Positions 1 to 5,670 of a stretch of 6,309 nucleotides of DNA are shown here, piece by piece. Position 1 is the first letter of the stretch. Each line of letters opens with the position of its first letter. A model generated the notes under the pieces. The model was not told the DNA's origin. It saw only the letters and a program-made list of their open reading frames with translations, and ran no database searches. The position numbers were made by a program, and so were the translations under genes. The DNA lies in assembly GCA_028275775.1 (NCBI GenBank), contig JAPWTZ010000021.1:1-6309 (forward strand), written 5' to 3'. This stretch comes from Candidatus Nanopusillus sp. GTDB lineage: Archaea > Nanobdellota > Nanobdellia > Nanobdellales > Nanobdellaceae.

Positions 1-1084
1 GTGCAACACCAATCATTCCAATTCCTGCCAATCTTAAATCTATATATAATTTAAAATCTCTAGTATCTCTCATTTCATCAAATATTACATAATCTGGTCT
101 TGATAATAATAATATATTATGTATTTCCTCATCCGTAGAATAATTCTTTGAATATTGAACAATATCTGGAGATAATATTAAATCTCTTGGAGATTCTACC
201 GTTTTAACAATTTTTTTCATACTTAAATAATATTCTGCCAGAGCCTGGGCAAAGGTTGTTTTTCCAGAACCAGGTTTTCCAACAATTATAATTCCCTCGG
301 ATTTTTCTTTTAGTCTTTCAAGTATTCTTTCATTCAAATTATAATCTTCTATCCTTAATATTTTTGATGGTTTAACAATTGTTATTTCATATGCGTCAGA
401 TAATGGTGGTTTCACAATTACAATTCTAAAAATTCCTAACTGAATAATTAAACTATTTTTTCTTTCTTCTTCTATAAATGAATCCCTTCTATTTCTAGCA
501 ATATATATTATTTTATCAATTAAATCTTCCATATCTTTATTTCCATATACTTTATCTACTTCTTCCAAATACCATTCTCCAGGTTTTCCCCTTTTTCTTT
601 TTACTTTTGTATTTTCAATAATATGAACAGATATTGTATCATCAGTAAATAGATCTAAAAAAGGTGGATTTTCCGTTGAAACATCCTCCTTTTCAATTAA
701 TAAACAATCAACATTATATACTTTAGCAGTTTCATATAATATCTTATCAGATGTTAATAATGTAGATCCTGTATCTCTTGCAATTTTAATAATTAAATAA
801 TCTATATATCCATGCTTTGCCAATTTTATTTGTTCTAATGTTGGCTTTTCACCTAATATTGTTACTTTATAATTATATTTTTCTGACAATTCTCTAATTT
901 TTTGCAATTCCTTTAAACCAATCAATCCTTTTTCAAGACCTTTGTTTGCCTGTGCTTGTAATTCATCAATTACTGGTACAGGTATTATTACTTCATTAAA
1001 AGAAATACTATTATTTAATAAAGATTTTGATATATATTCATCAATTACTACTGATGTATCTAATGTTATTTTATTTAATTTCAT
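1..1084 (-). CDS. PIN-domain / PilT-family P-loop ATPase (archaeal COG1855-type, usually PIN + ATPase + KH). The C-terminus runs off the window.
   Basis: Not in the supplied ORF track because it is edge-truncated. My own minus-strand translation from the ATG at 1084-1082 is open all the way to nt 1. It reads MKLNKITLDTSVVIDEYISKS...LLTSDKILYETAKVY (PIN-like acidic motifs), then ...SEGIIIVGKPGSGKTTFAQALAEYY (Walker A, nt ~254-280), then ...RPDYVIFDEMRDTRDFKLYIDLRLAGIGMIGVA (PilT/VirB11-type Walker B/Asp box, nt ~1-110). The start overlaps the rpoL stop by 14 nt. Confidence 0.75.
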   Translation of the reverse strand, partial: MKLNKITLDTSVVIDEYISKSLLNNSISFNEVIIPVPVIDELQAQANKGLEKGLIGLKELQKIRELSEKYNYKVTILGEKPTLEQIKLAKHGYIDYLIIKIARDTGSTLLTSDKILYETAKVYNVDCLLIEKEDVSTENPPFLDLFTDDTISVHIIENTKVKRKRGKPGEWYLEEVDKVYGNKDMEDLIDKIIYIARNRRDSFIEEERKNSLIIQLGIFRIVIVKPPLSDAYEITIVKPSKILRIEDYNLNERILERLKEKSEGIIIVGKPGSGKTTFAQALAEYYLSMKKIVKTVESPRDLILSPDIVQYSKNYSTDEEIHNILLLSRPDYVIFDEMRDTRDFKLYIDLRLAGIGMIGVA

Positions 1085-1352
1085 TAATTATTTTATTATA
1101 TTCTTTCTCAAAACTATTTAACCTATCTAGAGCCCTCTTTATTGCATCTATTAATACTTCCCTTGGTTTTCTCTTTCCATCAGTCTTTATATATAAATAA
1201 ATATCTTTTATTAATGGGTGATTTTCCTTCCAGGCAGCAATTATTACATTTGGATCTTTATCTAACTCTTCCTTTAATAACATAGATATTGTTGCCTTAT
1301 CATTTTCAAAAATTATTTCCATTTCTGTTTCACTTTCCTTATTTATTTTCAT
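1071..1352 (-). CDS. rpoL: DNA-directed RNA polymerase subunit L (Rpo11, Rpb11 homologue)
   Basis: 93 aa. The N-terminus MKINKESETEMEIIFENDKATISMLLKEEL aligns by eye with the archaeal RpoL pattern MEI..L......LE.EIEGEDHTLGNLL. The segment AAWKENHPLIKDIYLYIKTDGKRKPREVLIDAIKRA matches the conserved ..HPL.....L.I.TDG...P.EAL..A block. Size is typical for RpoL. Confidence 0.75.
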   Translation of the reverse strand: MKINKESETEMEIIFENDKATISMLLKEELDKDPNVIIAAWKENHPLIKDIYLYIKTDGKRKPREVLIDAIKRALDRLNSFEKEYNKIINEIK

Positions 1353-1375
1353 TTCTATTATATTATATAAATATT

Positions 1376-3028
1376 TTATATAACTTTATCTCTTAACTTT
1401 CTTATTTCAAAATTAAATAAATTAACACCCAAAACCTCTCCATTCTTTATATTTCTCAAAAATAAAATACCTGGTTCTGGTTTATGACCTAATTCTCTTT
1501 GATATGGAGTTATATCTTGAAAAGTAGATGAATTAATTAGATCTATTCCTCTATATTCATCATAAGATGCTCTGTGTATGTGACCTGTATGAAAAAAATC
1601 TGGTACAATTTCTATTACAGATGGATCATCATTTATATACGGAACATATGGATTTGATCCATGAGATGGGAATATTAACCTTAACATTAACATAAACTTC
1701 ATTAATTCTCCAGGTTTTTCATATCCTCCCTTTTCTCTTAAAAAAGAAATATTTGATACTAACCAATCTAAAACATATCCATGATATAATAACCCAATAA
1801 TTGAATTATGTATTTTTACATATGATGGATTTGACAAATAATAAATATTCTTCATTGAATAAGATTCCCTTAACAATGATCTTGGTAATTCTGGTTGTGG
1901 TTCTGCTAACCTTGGAATATCGTGATTTCCTGGTACAATAATTGTCTTTATACTTTCAGGTATTTTTAATATATAATCTTCAAAACTTTTATATTGATCT
2001 TCATATGTTTTTAAAACCAATTCCTCTTTTTGTTCTGGATAAACACCAACTCCATCTACTACATCTCCTATAATTATAATATAACCAATCTTTCTTGCAA
2101 TTTCATCTATTTTTTCATTTCCTGTTTTTCCATTTACAAATTTTAAAAACCTGTCAAATAGTTCATAAAATGTATACTTATTCCCTACCTGCCAATCACC
2201 GGTGAATAATATATATACATCATCTTCTCCAAATGTTTTTGGTTTTCTTACAGGAACATTTGGTAATATTATATTATTTGCAAAGAACATCTTATTTTTA
2301 TATATACCAACTAAACCAATAACAGAATCTAATGGTATATCTTTAACTATTTTAAAATCTATATTTTCATTATCTTTACTCACAAAAGCTTTTATAATAT
2401 TATTTCCATCTTCTATAATAAAAGTTATTCCCTTTTCGGTTATTTTTTTATCATATACCAATCCAACAATTGCAACCTCCTCATTTTCAGGTATCTTATC
2501 TAAAGGATATATATTCCTCATTTCAGAATGTTCCCTTAATATTTTCTTTATCTTATTTAATCTTTGTTTATAATATGATATCCAGGATATTATATCAGGC
2601 TTATTTTTTTGTATTTCAAATCTTTTCAGAATATTTATTTCTTTTGTTTCCTTCATTTCCTTTACCGATAATTCAATTTCTTCCCCAACATGTTTTTTTG
2701 TACTTTCTATAAGAATAACATTATTACTTTCTTTTTCTATATTCTGTTTATTTTCCTTTATATTAAAGAAATCTTTTATATTTATTTTATTTTGTTTTTT
2801 ATTTACATTATTTTCTTTCTTTTCAACATTTTCTTTATTATTATTAATATTTTTTCCAATTATTCTATTAATAAATTCTTCATCTATTATCTTTACATTA
2901 TTTTTTATTGCTTCTTTAAATATAATATCTAAATCTTCCTCTTTTAAAGAATCTAAAAGATCAGCTACTTTTTTTAGAGGTATTATACCATTTTCCAATA
3001 ATAAATTTATGAAATCCTCTTTTTTCAT
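1376..3028 (-). CDS. polB: DNA polymerase II (PolD) small subunit DP1, the 3'-5' exonuclease subunit
   Basis: 550 aa with several recognisable parts:
- a helical N-terminal domain
- an N/K-rich linker
- an OB-fold-like segment (EVAIVGLVYDKKITEKGITFIIEDGNN)
- calcineurin/Mre11-like phosphoesterase motifs: GDWQVG (motif I, atypical), IIIIGDVVDGVGVYP (II), VPGNHD (III), LLYHG (IV) and HTGHIH (V)
The IGDVVDG.G.YP...E and GNHD..R...PQP strings are characteristic of DP1. The start ATG overlaps the cdc6 stop as ATGA at 3025-3028. The gene is also called dp1 or polD1. Confidence 0.9.
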   Translation of the reverse strand: MKKEDFINLLLENGIIPLKKVADLLDSLKEEDLDIIFKEAIKNNVKIIDEEFINRIIGKNINNNKENVEKKENNVNKKQNKINIKDFFNIKENKQNIEKESNNVILIESTKKHVGEEIELSVKEMKETKEINILKRFEIQKNKPDIISWISYYKQRLNKIKKILREHSEMRNIYPLDKIPENEEVAIVGLVYDKKITEKGITFIIEDGNNIIKAFVSKDNENIDFKIVKDIPLDSVIGLVGIYKNKMFFANNIILPNVPVRKPKTFGEDDVYILFTGDWQVGNKYTFYELFDRFLKFVNGKTGNEKIDEIARKIGYIIIIGDVVDGVGVYPEQKEELVLKTYEDQYKSFEDYILKIPESIKTIIVPGNHDIPRLAEPQPELPRSLLRESYSMKNIYYLSNPSYVKIHNSIIGLLYHGYVLDWLVSNISFLREKGGYEKPGELMKFMLMLRLIFPSHGSNPYVPYINDDPSVIEIVPDFFHTGHIHRASYDEYRGIDLINSSTFQDITPYQRELGHKPEPGILFLRNIKNGEVLGVNLFNFEIRKLRDKVI

Positions 3029-4257
3029 ATATCTTTTTTTATTTTTTCGTATATTTTTTTAAGGTTATCAACATCGGATATTATCTTTAATACTTTGTTT
3101 ACACCCCTTTTTCCATTAGATATTATTTTTGATTCAATTAATTCACCAAATATACTTTCTATTTTCTTTAAATTTTTATATACTACCGTTTTATCTAGAA
3201 TAGATATTCCGAAATTATTGGATAAATTTACATATTCTTCATAAAGATTGTTAAATGTTACGAAATCTTCACTTTTTATTTGTTCTTTTATTAAAGCCAA
3301 TAATATTAATTTTTGTGTTTTATTTAAAGTACTTACTATAGATTCTAATATATTTAAATCAACACTTGAAAATGCCTCATCTATATCTTCTCTATCTATT
3401 TTTTCCTTATTTTTATTATATGCAATTGTCGCTGATAATCTTAATACATTTATTGCAATTCTTGCATCTCCAGAGAATTCTTTAGAAACTCTTGCAGATA
3501 TATAATTTATATCTTCTTCAGATATAGAACCTGGCTTTAGAGCTTTTATAGCTCTATCTTTTAGAATTTCTCTAAGTTCATAATAATTATATGGGGAAAA
3601 CTTTACCTGAATTATTGATGAAAAAGATGATTTTACTCTTTGATCTAATTGAGATATAAAGGAAGGAGAATTGGAAATAAGTATTAATCTTATTCTATTT
3701 AAAAAGTTTATATCATAATTTCTCAATAGTAAATATAATATTTCTGTATTTTCAGATCTTCTAAATATAGTATCTACCTCATCTAATATTATTATTAGCT
3801 TATAATCATTATTAATTATAAATTTATATATATTTTCATATATATCATTCTTCCTAAATCCGCTTTTTATATTTATATTTGCCAATTCTTCATATATTCT
3901 CTTAAATATGTAATAATCTACATCATCAGATAATATTTGTTTACAATTTATATATGCAACCTTCACTTTTAATTTATTTTTTGCTGAATAAAATGATATA
4001 CCTTTATTTAAATATCTAGCTATTAATGTTTTTCCAGTACCTGTAGTTCCATATAAAAATAAGTTACTTCCAGTGTTTCTATTTAAAAATAAGTTTATAT
4101 TAGATAATATAATTTCTTTTTCTTTATCTCTAAATTTTATTTCATATGGAATAAAATCTTCTTCAAAATATCTCCCATCTACAATAATGTTTTTGTTTTT
4201 GTTTGATATTTTTTCAAAATCTGCTAAAAAATAATCTATTATCGAATTTGTCATCAT
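3025..4257 (-). CDS. cdc6: Orc1/Cdc6 replication initiator (AAA+ domain plus C-terminal winged helix)
   Basis: 410 aa. Motifs seen:
- Walker A: LFLYGTTGTGKT
- Walker B: LIIILDEVD
- sensor 1: ILISN
- hallmark Orc1/Cdc6 sensor-2 string: SGDARIAINVLRLSA
- N-terminal FIPYEIKFRDKEKE, matching the usual ..P..L..RE.E pattern
- a C-terminal segment (KTQKLILLALI...) consistent with the winged-helix domain. Confidence 0.92.
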   Translation of the reverse strand: MMTNSIIDYFLADFEKISNKNKNIIVDGRYFEEDFIPYEIKFRDKEKEIILSNINLFLNRNTGSNLFLYGTTGTGKTLIARYLNKGISFYSAKNKLKVKVAYINCKQILSDDVDYYIFKRIYEELANINIKSGFRKNDIYENIYKFIINNDYKLIIILDEVDTIFRRSENTEILYLLLRNYDINFLNRIRLILISNSPSFISQLDQRVKSSFSSIIQVKFSPYNYYELREILKDRAIKALKPGSISEEDINYISARVSKEFSGDARIAINVLRLSATIAYNKNKEKIDREDIDEAFSSVDLNILESIVSTLNKTQKLILLALIKEQIKSEDFVTFNNLYEEYVNLSNNFGISILDKTVVYKNLKKIESIFGELIESKIISNGKRGVNKVLKIISDVDNLKKIYEKIKKDI

Positions 4258-4279
4258 AATATTCTATATTATAAAAAAT

Positions 4280-4287
4280 TTTATAAA
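4280..4287 (-). promoter_or_regulatory. TATA box for the cdc6 operon, implying a leaderless transcript
   Basis: TTTATAAA reads the same on both strands. It is centred ~26.5 nt upstream of the cdc6 ATG at 4257, which matches the canonical archaeal TATA-to-TSS distance. No Shine-Dalgarno-like purine run lies between them. Confidence 0.55.
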
Positions 4288-4316
4288 ATAATTTTGCAAT
4301 CGATTTAAAAACATCA
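4288..4316 (+). repeat. Origin-spacer direct repeat, copy 1. The core AATCGATTT is at 4298-4306, and its first 8 nt (AATCGATT) form a palindrome.
   Basis: ATAATTTTGCAATCGATTTAAAAACATCA. It matches copy 2 at 16 of the first 19 positions and again in the AAAAA.ATCA tail, allowing a 2-nt indel. Copy 2 starts 55 nt downstream. Confidence 0.55.
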
Positions 4317-4342
4317 AAACATTCTTTTTATCCCTTAAAATA

Positions 4343-4372
4343 ATAAGTTTTCAATTGATTTTTAAAAAATCA
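4343..4372 (+). repeat. Origin-spacer direct repeat, copy 2 (core AATTGATTT at 4353-4361)
   Basis: ATAAGTTTTCAATTGATTTTTAAAAAATCA. It is preceded by CCCTTAAA at 4332-4339. Confidence 0.55.
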
Positions 4373-4403
4373 CCCTTAAATTTTTTCCATAATCGATTTT
4401 TCC
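4373..4403 (+). repeat. Origin-spacer partial repeat, copy 3 (CCCTTAAA at 4373-4380 plus core AATCGATTT at 4391-4399)
   Basis: CCCTTAAATTTTTTCCATAATCGATTTTTCC. It shares the AATYGATTTTT core with copy 2 and the exact AATCGATTT core with copy 1. CCCTTAAA is an exact second copy of 4332-4339, and C-runs are rare in this spacer. Confidence 0.45.
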
Positions 4404-4581
4404 TTCTAAATATATCTATATGTTTCCTGTTTAAAAATATTGCTTATCAAAAGGTTTATAAAAGATATTTATAAATTTTTTGGTACACCAATGTCAAAAT
4501 GTAAGTCTGTTATATTATATTTGCCAACCTTTTATATACTACTAATTAGTAATTAATTGTTTTATTTGCTCTTATCCAAAA

Positions 4582-5598
4582 TTATCCTAATATATTTTGA
4601 AGACGGTGTTCCCTATAATTTTTTAAAATTTTCTTTAACCTTTCTTCGTCAATATCTTTATCTATTATATTAGATTTTTCTTCATGAAATTTCTCAACAA
4701 TAATAAAATTTTTTAATTCTTTAAATTCATCTACAACATAAAATTTTGGAAAAATATTTTTAGCTTCTATAAAGTTTTCTTTTTTTACAAAGAATTTCAC
4801 ATCTTTACTTTTATAATATGTAATATATTCTTCTTTAAATTCATCTATAAATATTCTATTATAATAAATTTTATTTAAATATAAAAAAGAAATTTTTGGT
4901 ATAATATTGTCTTCATTTTTTAATCTCTCAGTTAAAATCTTAGATAAAATATTATAATCATTTAACAATTCAATATATTTTTTGTTTAATTCTTCTATTA
5001 TTTTTTCATTTTCTTCTTTATCTTTTTTATTCTTTACAATAACTTTTATTATTTCAATATCTCCTTTATCTCTTTTTATTTTCTTTCTTTTCTTCTTTTC
5101 TTTTATTTCTTTTTCCTTTTCTCTTAAATTATTTTTTACTGCTACAGCTTCTACCTTTCTATTTTTTAATATATATTTTAATATTTTGATGTATTCATCT
5201 TGATTTTCAGAAACTCTCTTAGCCTTTTCAAATATTTCCTTTAACTTTTTTAATGCTTCTATCGCAGATATATATGCGTCAAATTCATGATTATTTTCAA
5301 ATATTTTCTTTAAATTATCATCCTTATAGTATTTGTTTTTTATTTCTAAACTAATATCTTCCTTTGGACTATATATACCAATATTTAGTTTTGATGCTAT
5401 ATCTAATATTGTTTTTGGAATTTCTTTTTTATCTGTAGCAATAAGTACAACATACTTTAAATCACTTATATATTTAATAATATCTTCATTTTGTATATTT
5501 TTTCCACTTAATTTATCAACTATATTTCCATTATCATCTATAACAACTAATCCCAAATTTGTACCTGGATCTATCCCAACAATTAGGGATTTTAGCAT
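4582..5598 (-). CDS. DUF460 / COG2433-type protein with an N-terminal RuvC/YqgF-like RNase-H-fold domain. It is a predicted nuclease of unknown function.
   Basis: 338 aa. The N-terminus LIVGIDPGTNLGLVVIDDNGNIV resembles the RuvC/YqgF first strand with its catalytic Asp. It is followed by YVVLIATDKKEIPKTILDIASKLN and NNHEFDAYISAIEALKK, an H/D-x-x-D helix like the RuvC C-terminal acidic motif. The centre is a K/E-rich, probably coiled-coil segment (REKEKEIKEKKKRKKIKRDK). The C-terminal ..ILKNYREHR tail is, as I recall, typical of the family. The family call is from memory of the consensus and was not searched. Confidence 0.65.
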   Translation of the reverse strand: MLKSLIVGIDPGTNLGLVVIDDNGNIVDKLSGKNIQNEDIIKYISDLKYVVLIATDKKEIPKTILDIASKLNIGIYSPKEDISLEIKNKYYKDDNLKKIFENNHEFDAYISAIEALKKLKEIFEKAKRVSENQDEYIKILKYILKNRKVEAVAVKNNLREKEKEIKEKKKRKKIKRDKGDIEIIKVIVKNKKDKEENEKIIEELNKKYIELLNDYNILSKILTERLKNEDNIIPKISFLYLNKIYYNRIFIDEFKEEYITYYKSKDVKFFVKKENFIEAKNIFPKFYVVDEFKELKNFIIVEKFHEEKSNIIDKDIDEERLKKILKNYREHRLQNILG

Positions 5599-5670
5599 TA
5601 TTATATTTATTTTAATTTTTTCCTTAAAAATCTATATTCCTTTTAAATCTTACTAATATATTATTAATAA
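5599..5670. promoter_or_regulatory. 72-nt divergent promoter spacer with back-to-back TATA boxes
   Basis: On the plus strand, TTTTAAAT at 5641-5648 is centred ~26.5 nt upstream of the uS14 ATG (5671). On the minus strand, TTTTTAAG (complement of 5623-5630) is centred ~28.5 nt upstream of the DUF460 ATG (5598). Both imply leaderless or near-leaderless mRNAs. Confidence 0.5.

Larger units (their letters stand above)
4258..4581. other. Candidate replication origin (oriC) region. It is the only long non-coding spacer and lies immediately upstream of orc1/cdc6.
   Basis: The oriC-cdc6-dp1 arrangement is the established layout in Pyrococcus and many other archaea. The spacer contains repeated boxes (listed as repeat features), three TTTCC/GGAAA pentamers (4384-4388, 4399-4403, 4423-4427) and long A/T tracts. 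No full canonical ORB dyad was recognised. Confidence 0.45.

Noticed and set aside
1353-1375. A TTTATATA-type TATA string (complement of 1364-1371) in the 23-nt gap between DP1 and rpoL, plus the possibility that rpoL starts at the internal Met (MEIIFEND...)
   Set aside because: The box lies only 12-19 nt from the ATG at 1352, which is too close for the canonical spacing. The first-ATG N-terminus (MKINKESETEMEIIFENDKAT) aligns in length with the RpoL N-terminal strands preceding the EDHT-like motif. I therefore keep the 1352 start and co-transcription with DP1.
2690-2880. DNA-level low complexity and short A/T-run repeats that look like a tandem repeat or AT-rich regulatory island
   Set aside because: It lies in frame inside DP1 and encodes the N/K-rich flexible linker (NINNNKENVEKKENNVNKKQNKINIK...) between the N-terminal helical domain and the OB fold. 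That position is known to be variable in DP1. The similar K/E-rich tract at ~5020-5150 is the charged central segment of the DUF460 protein.
2202-2932. Three overlapping plus-strand ORFs (2202-2573, 2470-2712, 2690-2932) antisense to the DP1 gene
   Set aside because: Their translations are F/L/I/S-rich low-complexity strings, as expected from reading the complement of an A-rich, K/N/E-rich coding strand. They carry no motifs and lie wholly inside a gene with strong homology signatures. They are shadow ORFs.
3248-3505. Plus-strand 85-aa ORF antisense to orc1/cdc6
   Set aside because: It has the same shadow-ORF character, no recognisable motif, and sits inside a confidently called AAA+ gene.
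4384-4427. TTTCC/GGAAA pentamers as canonical mini-ORB elements
   Set aside because: Only the GGAAA half is present. I could not find the partnered TCCA dyad at the expected spacing. They are therefore mentioned as weak supporting context for the origin, not called as ORBs.
4258-4581. Search of the spacer for a tRNA or split-tRNA half, a C/D-box sRNA, or another structured RNA
   Set aside because: There is no GC-rich stem-forming segment, which would stand out in such AT-rich DNA. There is no TGATGA/CTGA box pair on either strand and no cloverleaf-compatible pairing. Only weak 4-8 bp complementarities were found.
4982-5656. Plus-strand ORFs 4982-5203 and 5333-5656 antisense to the DUF460 gene. 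The second extends into the divergent promoter spacer.
   Set aside because: Their F/S/I/L-rich composition mirrors the K/E-rich sense strand. There is no suitably placed TATA box and no motif. The minus-strand frame carries the RuvC/YqgF-like signature.
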